A stretch of DNA of 64,000 bases from assembly GCA_964016885.1 (NCBI GenBank), contig OZ024750.1, positions 12,276,001-12,340,000 of the forward strand, given 5' to 3'. A model generated the notes under the pieces. That model worked only from the letters and a program-made list of their open reading frames with translations. It was not told where the DNA came from and ran no database searches. Position 1 is the first letter of the stretch. Each line of letters begins with the position of its first letter. Positions 1 through 12,052 of this stretch are shown piece by piece. The stretch comes from Eledone cirrhosa. Taxonomy: Eukaryota. A program made the position numbers and the translations under genes.

Positions 1-100
1 GGTGGAAGGGTCCTTGGAAACTGTATTGAATGTCCATTTCATGGATGGCGCTTTCGAGGAGATGACGGCAAATGTGTATATATTCCTTATGCTGATAAAA
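1..100 (+). CDS. nvd: Rieske cholesterol 7-desaturase (neverland/DAF-36 family), internal exon truncated by window start
   Basis: Frame 1 reads [33 protein letters not shown], containing the second Rieske [2Fe-2S] box CPFHGW. Donor gtaagt at 101, phase 1. Confidence 0.93.
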
Positions 101-218
101 GTAAGTATTTTGATATTTGTGTAATTTTATAATAATAATAGAAATATTCTTAAAACAATGATGTCATTATGTGAAAAGTAACTTATTTTTCCATTTACTC
201 AACTTTAATTATGATGTC

Positions 219-530
219 TTCTTCTTTGGCCATTTATTCCTGAAAGGGTTGTTGGGGCAAAGTTCTCAAACACTCCTTCCGATGGGTCCTGCCAGAAGCA
301 ACCATCTCCAACTGATCCAGCTGGATCCCCAAACAAGACCAACCAAGCTCCTGAATGTTATCCAACCATCTTGCTCCTGCCAGTTGGTTTTACCAATAAA
401 ATCTGTCCAGCGGTTCTTTCCTGAGATATTTTAACCACATGCCCATAGTGTCAGAACTGTGATCTCTCAATTTGTAGAAGTAGCAGCTCTACCTGGAGTG
501 ACTCTCTAATATCCGAGCAATGGACTTTAA
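219..530 (-). mobile_element. RTE-clade (Expander/Rex3-like) LINE 3' fragment
   Basis: Reverse complement matches the 32840-33085 copy and ends in a (GAA)n tail. Related copies at ~4050-4360, 11195-11580, 14350-14505, 22430-22497 and 55075-55160. Confidence 0.75.
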
Positions 531-1423
531 TGAGTATGATGTGTTAGTCTGAAAAACAAAACAAACCATTTTTCTTTAATTAAAAAGGGAATTTTTATAT
601 TTGTTAGCATATGAAACTTATTAAGGTTAGGCTGCAGTAAAAAATATTTTATGTATATAAATGATTAATTTGAATCTGAAGTGTGTTGATATATTCTGCT
701 TATATTTTAATTGTATAAATATATTTTGTTTGCATTTAACAGCTTTCAAAAATATTATAAAAAAATTTAAATGATGTTTTAATTTCAATTTATCATGGAT
801 AAAATTACATATAGAAACAAAATATATTTATACATTTCACTTCAAATATTAATGTAATATATTTGTATATGTAACTGTAGATACCCTAATCACTTTCTAA
901 TTAAAAACATTTTTTAATTTATAAAAAGAAAAAAAAAATGTAACTTTTGACTCTCTCTAAAGAGCTTAATAAATATATATTAAAAGGGTTTTTAAAAAAT
1001 TCATAGTAAAATAAGTGCCAACACTTGTATTATATTCAGCAACATCTACATTTGTCTCAGGCGATGTGTTGGTGTTCAACATATATGTGTATTGTTATTG
1101 GTGGTTATTGTTGAATGTGTCTGTGTGTCTCTGTCTCTTTTGCTAATATATATCAGAAAAGGATGTAACTACGAGTGGGGAAAACTAAAACACTGGTGTT
1201 TGTCAAAGTCCCTTATGATATTTGTTCAGCACTGAATTACAGACACCTCCTTATCATTCTTGTTATCAGAAATGGATGAAACCTGTTGGAAACCTGTAAC
1301 TAATGATGCTATTTTTCTCCAATTGCAATATAAATGACTAATTAATGAAAATACTTAATTAGGTTTGAATTCAATACAACATAATAAAAAAATTGTCTAA
1401 TAATATCTTCCTTGTTTTTTCAG

Positions 1424-1602
1424 TACCAGATGTGGCACAGGTGAAGTCATGGCCAATAAATGACATTAATGGATGGATCTACCTTTGGTATCATGCTGAA
1501 GGTTTAGAACCGACATGGCTTATTCCTGAAATTGAAGATATAGCCAAAGGTAACTGGACATACAAGGGACGTACAGAACATCACGTTAATGCCCATATTG
1601 AG
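1424..1602 (+). CDS. nvd: neverland/DAF-36 exon
   Basis: Acceptor ttttttcag ends at 1423. The phase-1 join gives I-PDVAQVKSWPINDINGWIYLWYHAEGLEPTWLIPEIEDIAKGNWTYKGRTEHHVNAHIE. Donor gtagat at 1603. Confidence 0.93.
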
Positions 1603-1719
1603 GTAGATTTTATCATTTATTTACATTGTTTAAATTTAATTTAATGTTTCAATTCTAGGTTTGTTTCATCATAGCAGCCAATGACTACTACTTTTTCTGT
1701 CTTTAACTCTTTAGCATTT

Positions 1720-2206
1720 AGACATTACTAAAACTCTGTGCTTGCTTGTAATGTAATACAGCCAAAAGGGTGCATAATGGGAAAATACTTTGAAAGGAAG
1801 TTGTCCTTGAAATCAGACCACAGGTTTCCGAGATACAGGGTTTTTCCGGGTACCTTCATAAACAAAGAGAGAGAAAATGAAGAAATAGTGGTTGGGAGAG
1901 AGTAGATTGAAAGATAGACATAGGGAGAGGAGACAGAGAAGGAGCATGGAAGAGAGCTGCTGCTGCTGCTGCTGCTGGTGGTGGTGGTGGTGGTGTGTGC
2001 GTGTGACCAGTGTATATAGATCACAGACACCCACATACATATATATACACACACACACACATTTATACATGGCCCTTCTAGTTTCATTTCACATTATATA
2101 CAAGTTTGTGTATATGTTGATTATCTAAAAATTATTTTTAAGTGAACATGATTTTAAAAAAAACATTTTAAAGTGAACGTGACCCAACGGGTCGCGGATG
2201 GTCTAG
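1720..2206 (+). mobile_element. probable non-autonomous Helitron
   Basis: Hairpin CGTGACCC-aac-GGGTCGCG (2178-2196), then 6 nt, then CTAG (2203-2206) followed by T. Internal (CTG)n(TGG)n and (CA)n tracts. It interrupts a partial piggyBac-MITE copy. The 5' TC end is not clear. Confidence 0.55.
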
Positions 2207-2252
2207 TTTACTTTATATTTACTATTGTATTTTCACGGTTTTCTGTCTTTAA

Positions 2253-2417
2253 ACCTTAAGTATTTACATTACTCTATATATACTATTGTATTTTCACACT
2301 AAAGGCTTTATCTCACATAATATCGAATCTATGAGATTTTGATGTTATTTATTTTGATAAAAAATACTTTAACATCAGTATGAGTGGCCAGTTACAGCTG
2401 ATTTAAATGCTAAAGAG
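2253..2417. mobile_element. piggyBac-type MITE (family 1), degenerate
   Basis: Same body as 52572-52792. Right end AATGCTAAAGAG-TTAA. Confidence 0.65.
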
Positions 2418-2609
2418 TTAAGGGTCTCTACCCTATTTTATAGCATCTCCGTGCATGAGCAAACTACTATTTATATTAACTTTATCCCCTCAGCGCTCTG
2501 TAATAGTCCGAGAGATTGATTACATATCCATCATCTATATCAGACATAAAAAAAAATATCATGAAACAACTTAACATTTTCTGGTTGATATATACCTGTA
2601 TCTTATACA

Positions 2610-2851
2610 CTAGATGAGGGTGACATTGGCTTCTTATTTGTCACACACACACTCTTTCTGTCTCATTATATATCGATAAAGACAACATCATACCTTTTTG
2701 TCTAACTACCTTTTCTGTCACCTCGAAAACACACGGGTGTTCCCTTTTCTCTCTCTATCTATGTAGATATCCCTCTCATGACACACCCCTTTTCTATATA
2801 AAGTGAGCATCACAGGGTGGAGGGACAGACACACATCGCTCTTATTATAGA
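2610..2851 (-). mobile_element. possible short non-autonomous Helitron
   Basis: Minus strand begins A|TCTATAATAAGAGCGATGTGTGTCTGTC and ends CTAG|T. No convincing subterminal hairpin. Confidence 0.35.
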
Positions 2852-3480
2852 TTACATTATTTACCTTTGTTTTTTTTCTTTTTCTCATTGGCCATGAACT
2901 TTGAAATGTGTTTTAGTTTTACTTACAGATAGCTTTGTAATATTTTTTATTTTTTTTTCCTCAGTTATACAAACTTTACTAGATAACAAAGCGTTAATGT
3001 TATATGTAATATAATAACATCATCAATAAAATCAAATCATAAACTGTTGTCATATTTACAAAAATTATATGCAATGGGGCCCACCCACAGCCCCGGCGGA
3101 CAGGTCTTGATAGGAATGTCAATAAATTTCTCAGTTTGAAAGGAAATCACTGATATCTCTATAATATACCTATATGTCAATATCGATTTGACATAAAATA
3201 TTACTGCTATTCAAATGTGATTGGCTTTAAATTAGTTTAAAGGATGTAATATCAAGATGAGATTTCAAATCTTAGTAAGTATATCAAATGAGATATCCAT
3301 TTCTATGATATGTTATTTGATATTGAAAGAGAGATGGGGAAAGAAGGGGAGAGGGGGTTGAGAAATGTCATAAATCTATTTTTTTTTTTTCTATTAATAA
3401 AATAATCTGAATCTTTCTTTAATGATCCCACATGGACATTTTATTTACAAGAAAACATTTTTAATGTCATTTAATTATAG

Positions 3481-3726
3481 GAAATTCCTTTGAATGGAGC
3501 TGATGTGATTCACTTGAACCAAGTGCATGGACCAGGACTGGTAGCAGGAGTAGATCTGAGACATATGTATAGCAGATTTTGGGAATTTATAAAACATATA
3601 TGGACAGCAACATGGGAACCATATCCAGCACCTGATGGTCATCTTGCTTCTATAAAGTTAAAACATTGTCTTCATCTGTGTGGTGTTCCCTTTACAATGC
3701 TCAATTTAGATGTGTTTGCCAGACAA
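3481..3726 (+). CDS. nvd: neverland/DAF-36 exon with mononuclear iron motif
   Basis: Acceptor tag ends at 3480. EIPLNGADVIHLNQVHG...LDVFARQ contains D-x2-H-x4-H. Donor gtaaga at 3727, phase 0. Confidence 0.93.
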
Positions 3727-4441
3727 GTAAGATTGTGTTTATGTTTTAATTTCTGTTCCAGATTTTTCTTTTTAAGTATTCATTTTTGAAATCAATTGTT
3801 GTCTAAAAACAGAAGATATATCATACAGATCTTGGATGTTGAGTCTTGTATGGTTTCTAACTTAAGTACAAGAGCAGCAATTTTGGTGGGAGGAGTATTA
3901 CAATTATATCGACCCAGTACTTGATTGGTACTTTATTTTATCAATCCCAGAAGGATACACATGGCTGAGCAATATTTCCAAAGATATTAAATTAAGGAAA
4001 GAATCTGAATCTTATATCCTTATGTTACTAACAAACAATATTCTAATTCCTTCTTCTTTGGCCACTTATTTCTGAGAGGGTTGTGGGGGCAGAGTCCTCA
4101 AACACTCCTTCCAGTGGGTTTTGTCAGAAGCAACCGTCTCCCACTGATCTGGCTGGATCCCTAAGCAAGCCAAGCCAAGCTCATGGATGTTATCCAACAT
4201 CTTGCTCGGGGTCTCCTAATAGTTGGTTTTGCCTGTAAAATCTGCCCAGCAATTCTTTCCTGAGAAATTCTAACCCCATGCCCATAGTATCGGAGCTATG
4301 ATCTATCAAGTAGCATTACTCCAAAGTCCCTTCAGATGAACCCCATTTTGGCTGCTTGTATTTTAATTCCCGCTAAACAAAAACAAATACCATTTTACAT
4401 AATTATTTAGAAAAGTTACCTCTAATTTTTATCTTTAACAG

Positions 4442-4615
4442 ATTGGACCAGGAATTGTATATTTGGAGTTTCAGAGTATATTTGGTAAAGGAATATATAT
4501 TCAGAGTGTGATTCCATCTGAACCAATGGTGCAGAAAGTTGTTCATAATATCTATGTTAGCAAAGGTGTACCAACACTGTTTGCAAAGTTTCTTTTATTA
4601 GCAGAGGCTATTCAA
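4442..4615 (+). CDS. nvd: neverland/DAF-36 exon
   Basis: Acceptor cag ends at 4441. IGPGIVYLEFQSIFGKGIYIQSVIPSEPMVQKVVHNIY...LLAEAIQ. Donor gtaagt at 4616. Q-IGPG across the junction is typical of the family. Confidence 0.93.
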
Positions 4616-4851
4616 GTAAGTGTTATTCAAAATTTAATAAACTTAATGATGCCAGATTGTATATATTTTTACAATTTTCAGGATATCTTCTTACAAGACA
4701 AATATTTTACAGACTCATTAATTTGTGAGATGTACAAAATAGGAACAGGAAACCCCCCCCCCAAAAAAAAACCTTGTTTTTAATTTCATCTGAGTTGCGT
4801 CTCCCTCAACCTAAGTCAACTTACTAGATTAGTAATACATGTACTAAACAT

Positions 4852-5215
4852 AATTGTTTCTACTTTTTGGCACAAGGCCAGCAATTATCCCAGTGTATTA
4901 CTGGTACTCTATTTTATTGACCCCGTAAAGATGAAAGGCAAAGTAAACCTCGGCAGGATTTGGACTCAGACCGCAAAGGGATGTAACTCTATTCCGCAAA
5001 GCATGGTGTCCGACCCTCTACCGATACTGCCAACACAATAGTTGTTTCTAACTTTGGCACAAGGCCATCAATTACACCAGTGTATTACTGGTACTCTATT
5101 TTATCGACCCCGTAAAGATGAAAGGCAAAGTTAACCTCGGCAGGATTTTGACAGCTTAGGGACGTAACTCTATGCTGCAAAGCATGGCGTCCAACCCTCT
5201 ACCGATACTGCCAAC
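4852..5215 (-). mobile_element. two tandem tRNA-derived Meta-domain SINEs
   Basis: Minus strand shows A box TGGCAGTATCGG, a B-box-like segment, and the central GCCTTTCATCTTTACGGGGTC(G/A)ATAAAAT..GTACCAG block. Confidence 0.85.
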
Positions 5216-5888
5216 ATAATGATACTAATAAAACTATTTCATATTACTTGCCTTGTGCTAGTAAAGCTACTACAATTTCTGCCATGCTCAAATGAACAAC
5301 AAACTCCTCCCATTACTACATCTACTCTATATTCTGTTGCTACACAACTCCGCAACATTACACTTCACTATATATTTAGGTACAAGGCCAGCAAATTGTA
5401 AAGTAGATTAAATGTCATTTTATCTGATGCTCTATCAATTCTGCCAATGAACTATCCTAATATTAAATTACAAGTGAAGGTATGTTCTGCTCATGATCCA
5501 GTTTCACAAATAATTGAGTAACTGGGATTGTACCTAAGTTAGAAACCAATATTATATTCAAATTCAATGTTTTTGAATGACAGAGACAGTAGAGTCCTAA
5601 AATGAATACTTTTCCTGGATTGGAAGTATCGGTGGAGCATTGGTAAACATGCTTTGTGGCATGTAGTTACAGTCCTACTGTTCTGAGTTCAAATCCTGCT
5701 GAGGTTAGCTTTATTGACATCCTTATGGATGTCAATGAAATAAAATACCAGTAATGTACTAGGGTCGATTTAATTCAATTTACCCTCTCCCAAAATTGTT
5801 GGCTTTGTGTCTAAATCAGAAACCATTATTATTGAAGGTATAAACAAAATTAACTCGAATATCGAGTTTTGAAATGCAAGTGTATTAG

Positions 5889-6538
5889 AATTTGTAGGAA
5901 AATGGAAAAGCTTGGCGTAAGGAAGCTGTTAAAACAGCAAAATGCCATTGAAGTGGCGTTGGGTAAAACATTACCTCGAAGGACAGAAATCAGCGGCTCG
6001 ATGGAAGTTAACTCGAAGAAATAGAATGGATGAGAAGTGATCACAAACATTAAAATACGCCTATCAGATTTCAGACCTCCTGCAGTTTCAACGACTTACC
6101 TAAAATTACTGCGAAAAATAGGTGGTTCGTAGCAATGGAGAAATAAATATCTTCATTGGTATAATGTTTGTGTTGGGACAGGTTACAGAGAGAGAAATGG
6201 AGTGCATCCAATCTCCTTTCTCTCAATGACTTGAGGTCAATTGGACGCACGCATTTTTCTCTCCCTCTCCCTAACCTGTCCCAACGAATATATTTATTTC
6301 TCTGTTGTTACGAGCCACTTATTCTTCGCAGTAATTTCAGGTAAATCATTGAAACTACAGGTGATCTGAAGAGTGTATTTTAATATTTGTGACCTCTTCT
6401 TATCCATTCTATTTCTTCCTTCCTATCATTTCTTCGAGTCAACTCACATCGAGTAATGTTTTACCCAACGCCACTTTGATGGTATTTTGCTGTTTTAACA
6501 GCTTCCTTACGCTGAGTTTTCCCATTTTCCTACGAATT
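5889..6538. repeat. ~650 bp imperfect palindrome (foldback/MITE-like) in last nvd intron
   Basis: 5889-5973 is the reverse complement of ~6454-6538 with 8 transitions in ~85 nt. Complementarity continues inward, with indels, to a ~30 nt loop near 6212-6240. Confidence 0.9.
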
Positions 6539-7452
6539 ATTATTTAATTTCCATGCTCTATTTTATAACTAGAACTGATATGTAATTTACTTCCCCTGGA
6601 GGAATGAAATACATAAGTCCTTTACTGGCTCTCATTTATTTCTATATTTTCACAACAAATTTCTGGCTTTCTGCCAATGGTGAAATGATTATGCAGACTA
6701 TTAACTTTATATCATTAGAGTATATATATTCACATTAAACTAGGTTACAATGTACTAAACAAATATCCCTTGCATCATCACTGTAACAACCACAATTACT
6801 ATTGCTACAAAATAGCAGCCAAATTATACTCTACCAGCTTAAAAATCAATGAAAAAATATTGCTTTCATCTTTAACTAAATGTCTATTTTACTTGCTAGT
6901 AGGTAAAAGAGAAGTCAAAGGAGAAATCTTTATATATTTTTAATTGGTGGATATTACTCTCTTAAACAACCTTAACTATTGGACAAAATCAAAGATATAG
7001 TTGACATTTTAACATAATAAAACAAATTTGAATGTTCCACCGTAAATAACCTTAACTATTGGATAAAGTAAAAGACATAGTTGAAATTTGTCACATAAAG
7101 AAATAATATTATGAAGATCTGTACATAGAAATGTAAACATTTATAAAACAATTTCATGAGTCCCAATAATTTTGACAAGGATAATTAGTAGCAAATTACT
7201 TTTTACCTCTGTGAGGTTAATAAAATGAGTACCAGTTATTTACTGAGATCAATTCAATTGACTTTACTCCTCCATCACACATGTAGCTTTCTCCTATGTC
7301 CATGTAAGAAGTCAATAAAATAAAGTATATGTATACAACAAGTAGATGCAGATAAATGATGTTTAAAACTGTTCTTTTACCATATATTCATGTCATCTTT
7401 CTTTCAACCTCATAACCTTGGTATAATATAAGTGAATTTCTCTCTTTTACAG

Positions 7453-7620
7453 TTTGAACGTGACATTATGATCTGGAATAACAAACAATACCAACACAAA
7501 CCTCTCTTTGTGAAATCAAAAGAAGATTCTTTGATGATGAAACATAGAAGATGGTTTTCTCAGTTTTATTCAGAGAACAGTCCTCGGATGACATTTCAGA
7601 AAAAAAGCATGAATTGGTGA
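7453..7620 (+). CDS. nvd: neverland/DAF-36 terminal coding exon
   Basis: Acceptor ttttacag ends at 7452. [13 protein letters not shown]...[20 protein letters not shown]...MNW* carries the family motifs ERDxxIWNNK and RRWFSQFYS. Stop TGA ends at 7620. Confidence 0.94.
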   Translation, partial: FERDIMIWNNKQYQHKPLFVKSKEDSLMMKHRRWFSQFYSENSPRMTFQKKSMNW

Positions 7621-7866
7621 TCAACTAATATTTTTTTTCAGGAGACCCTTTTCTTTCTACTTTACAGTTTCCTCGAGTACAAAATGAGAACTCACTCTTC
7701 ATATGTGAATATATGACTTAAAGAAGATGAGTTGTGGTTTTTAAAGAAAGATAATTAATATTTGTTTAACTTTTTACTCCCCCATCCTATTTCACAATTC
7801 AGTCATCCATAGTTCAAAACAGAACTAAATACAATTGAACAACTATCTTTTCATTTTATTTAAAAT

Positions 7867-7872
7867 AATAAA
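7867..7872 (+). promoter_or_regulatory. candidate polyadenylation signal of nvd
   Basis: AATAAA ~250 nt after the stop, followed by T-rich sequence. AATAAA is common by chance in this AT-rich DNA. Confidence 0.25.
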
Positions 7873-8394
7873 TAGTTCATTTTATTTTTTTATTCTGATT
7901 TTTTTTAGTGAAAAAAAATTTTTTTTGTTTTTTTTTTGTTTTTTTGTCTAAGTAATTTTAACTTCAAGGTAGAAATATTACAAAATAACAAACTATATTG
8001 GAAATAAGACTTTATTTTTTTTCTTCTTTTGAGAAAACACAATACAGAAAAATTGATGGTGAATATATAAAACACACAGATACACACACACCCACACACA
8101 ATGAACTAAACGGTGAAAATAATGAATGTAAAATAAAAAATATATATATATACCAAATGTAATAAGAAGAAGAAATATTTTTGTGTGTTCAATTTATTTA
8201 TTTTTAAATTGATTAGTTGAGCATTTTATATTTAAAAACAAACAAAAAAAATTCCATTAGGTCTTCAAAGTAAAACTTTTTTGATCTGTAAAGAATATAT
8301 TCCCAAATAAAGGGACTATGGTTTGGGAAGACTCTAAAACAGGAAATAATGTTGTTATTTCTTATATGACATTTCATTTGACATTCAATTAATA

Positions 8395-9600
8395 CCGTAT
8401 ATAATTATGTAAAAATCGAAGTATATTTTTACTATTTTATTTGGAGGGATGGGATGATAAAATTTATGGCATCAAATATTACATTGATACTACTTCCAAA
8501 GAGGCTGAAATTCACAATACAATATACAAAAACACCATATCAATAAACTAAACCCAAAATATACTCTAAAATAATGACTTACAGTGATAATATTAATATT
8601 TCTATACATCAAAACAAACTTCCTACTAACAAAACACTTAAATATGACCACAATAACTCAAATATTCTGTTATTTTGGGAACCATAAGCAAAGAATAAAT
8701 TCATAGTACGAAACTAATAAACTAATATATCATTAACCCCTACATTACTCTATATTTACTATTGTTATTTACAGTACAGGCTTTACTTCACATAATAACG
8801 AATCTATGAGATTTTGATATTTATTTTGAGAACAATACCTTAACATGTAAGAGTGGCCCGTTACAGCCGGTTTGAACAGCAAACGGTGAGAGAATTCTTG
8901 CCAGATACAGCCAGTTTAAATGCTAAAATGTTAATGCATCTTAGCTTAGCTGTGTTTCTTCTATCCATAGTTTGTTTACATCTACAAATGGTAAACAGAT
9001 TTGTTCTATTATAATTTTAAGTAAACCATTCAGAGATATTGCAATTATATTGAACTATCAGTAAATATCAGTTTAGCTTAAATAAGAAATGATAATATCA
9101 TATACAATATAGTTTTTAATGAATTTTAATCTTACTACCTATATGTGTTTTCATGAGTGGCAAGAAGACAAAGTAAAAATGAAGCATTTCTTAAGAAATT
9201 CATATGTCCATTGGATCCAGGAGCAATGTCAATATTAAGTTATACAGTTTTTAAGTGTTTAGTAAGATATGTGTTTTGATGTATGTGTCAAAATATTTAT
9301 GTTAGTATAGCAAAATTAATTCCTTCACACTAACATACATTCAAATAATACTTTGATTTGTTGTCTGTAAATAAGCAGGGTAAAATTTTACATAAAATAC
9401 ATGCAAAGATCTAAATTGTTTGGCTATATAAAGAAAGATATATTAAGGGGTTGAATTTTACATAAAATACATGCAAAGATCTGTTTTGGTTAAAGTAGGG
9501 ACTCAAATTTTATATAAAATACATGTAAATATCTAAATTCTTTGGCTAAATTAGGGGGTCGAATTTTACATGAAGTCGATTTTTACCCAAGTTTATACGA
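8395..9600. mobile_element. degenerate non-autonomous Tc2/pogo-type DNA transposon
   Basis: Left end TA|CCGTATATAATTATGTAAAAATCGA matches the reverse complement of the right end TA|TCGTATAAACTTGGGTAAAAATCGA. Subterminal tandem duplications at 9370-9575. Confidence 0.55.
8737..8930. mobile_element. piggyBac-type MITE (family 1) nested in the Tc2-like element
   Basis: TTAA flanks at 8733 and 8931. Body homologous to 52572-52792. Confidence 0.7.
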
Positions 9601-9981
9601 TAATTAATTGCAGGTCTTTTGATCATTGATTTATTTCTTGTAGTTCAGGAGAATTAATTTTGATTATTGTTAAGTGTAAAAACGAACTCAATACTTGTTT
9701 ACACTACTTAAAATATTTGCAAAACTACTTTCAAAATAATTATTTGCGAAATATTATTGTATAAATTTTCAATAAAATTTATTTTGAGGATGAAAACATA
9801 AAATGTTTGTGACAATATGAGACTTAAAAAATAAATATAACTATTTTCTTTTGTTAATTGTGTAAATCTAACTGAAATATTTCAGCTCAGGTAAATAACA
9901 ATTTGAGTAATTCACTGTTGATGGATTATCCACTTAAATTTGATGTGTGTGTGTGGTGAAGTAATCCTGTCTTAACTACTC

Positions 9982-10014
<33 letters not shown>

Positions 10015-10222
10015 ATCTGAGGGATATTTTTAAGAAACCTATGCTAGCATGGAAAATAGATGTTAACTGCTTCTCTCTTATTTTCATTATTTATATTAAT
10101 GACATTAATCGACAACATCAAATACAGAATCTTTGCAGATAATTCCAAGCTTCAATTCAATTCAAGGGAAACAACTTGTGCGTATTTCGCCGAGTTACCT
10201 TTCAGTCGATAGGCAAGTAAAT

Positions 10223-10980
10223 TAATTGTTTCTACTTTAGGCACAATGCCAGCTATTACCAAGTGCATTACTGGTACTTTATTTTATCGACCCCGTAAGG
10301 ATGAAAGGCAAAGTCAACCTCGGCGGGATTTGAACTCAGATCGTAAAGGGACGTAACTATGCTGGAAAGCATGGCGTCCGATCCTCTACCGATACTGCCA
10401 AAAGTAAATTAATGCAAGCGTAGTTGTCAGGTTTTTTTTTTTTAAATACAAAATTTACCACCGAAAGGAAACACTGCATTGATTTTAAAAACATTTACGA
10501 CAATTACAATTTGTGGTATTTGCCCCCCAAATAAAAAAATCTACGAGAATATAAAGAAACAGTCGATCAATATTTCAATTTAAAAAAATAATTGTTTCTA
10601 CTATTGACACAAGGCCAGCAATTATTTCAGTGTATTACTGGTACTTTATTTTATCGACTCCGTAAGGATGAAAGGTAAAGTTAACCTCGGCGGGATTTGA
10701 ACCCAGACCATAAAGAGGCGTAATTCTAAGCTGGAAAGCATGGAGTCGAACCAATACTGCCAAAATAATGGTTTCTTATATAGGCACAAGGCCAACAATT
10801 TTGGGGGAGGGGAAAGTCGATTGAATCGGCCCCAGTACGTGACTGGTACTTTATTTTATCAACCCCCGTAAGGGTGAAAGGCAAAGTTAACCAACCTCGG
10901 CGGGATTTGAACTCAGACCATAAAGGGCCGTAACTCTAAGCTGGAAAGCATGGAGTCCGACCCTCTACCGATACTGCCAA
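10223..10980 (-). mobile_element. cluster of three Meta-domain tRNA SINEs
   Basis: Copies at ~10223-10402, 10590-10763 and 10768-10980 with B box G(A/G)GTTCAAATCCCGCCGAGG and the central GCCTTTCATCCTTACGGGGTCGATAAAATAAAGTACCAG block. Confidence 0.85.
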
Positions 10981-11785
10981 AATAATAATAACACATTTGT
11001 TATCATATCCATACTATAGTAGCAACTGGTTCGGGTAGATTACATTATCACCAACATATATAACAGAGCCATACACAAGCTTGAGATATTATTAAAAATA
11101 TCCCAAGTTAGCAAGATGCTTCTGCTATAGTATGAAAGCTTAGCATTCTAGGTTATTTCTACAATGTGATCCTCACCTTTCTCAATTATGCATCAACTTC
11201 TTTGCCCACTTATTTCTGAAAGGGTCGTGGGGACAGAGGCCTCAAATACTAACAGTTCCTGTCAGAAGCAACCATCTCCAACTGATCCGGCTAGATTCCC
11301 AAGTGAGACCAGTTAAGCTCATGGATGCTATCCAACCATCTTGCTCAGGGTCTCCTGCTGGTTAGTTTTGCTCATAAAATCTGTCCAGTGATTCTTTCAT
11401 GAGACATTTTAACCATATGCCAGTAATATGTGATCTCTCAATTCAGATAAGTAGTGGCCCTACCAAGAGTGACTCTCTGATCTCCGAGCCATACACTCTA
11501 TCGACTAACCTTACCCAAAAGACCCTTCAGGGGAACCCCATTTCGGCTGAGTATGGAAGATAGTGGTGCCTTATTCCCCTAAATAAAATATTTCAACAGA
11601 TAAAAAAATTTTTCAAAATCTGACTGTACAAATACTGATTCGATGAAGATAAGCTGCAGGTACCATAGTTAAATGTAAAGGTATGGACTGGCAACAGAAA
11701 GGGTTTACAACCATAGAAACAATGCCCTAAGTCTTGTCCAATCTATGCTTGTATAATAATTGTCTACTTTTGGCACAAGGCCAGA

Positions 11786-12052
11786 TGTTGTTTCCTTGAG
11801 CAAGACACTTTATTTCACATTGCTGCAGTTTACTCAGCTGTAGAAATGAGATGATAGGGACCCCAGTCCCTATTATTCCACTGCAAAGTGGTCGTGGAGG
11901 TGCCACGGTAAAAAAAGCACCCAGCACTCACTGTAAATGAGGTTGGTGTTAGGAAGGGCATCCAGCTGTAGAAATCAAGCCAGAATAAATTCCCATCCCA
12001 CCCTTGCAAGCAGGGAAAAGCGGACGTAAAATGAAATGATGATGATGATGAT
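11786..12052 (+). mobile_element. 5'-truncated CORE-SINE inserted within a Meta-SINE
   Basis: CORE block CCTTGAGCAAGACACTT...CTGTAGAAATGAG plus RTE-type tail and (GAT)n. Flanked by the two halves of a minus-strand Meta-SINE (11758-11785 and 12052-12200). Confidence 0.8.

Noticed and set aside
1728-2128. ORFs with poly-C/W, poly-H/Q and poly-T/S runs
   Set aside because: Trinucleotide microsatellites (CTG)n(TGG)n inside an intronic Helitron-like insert.
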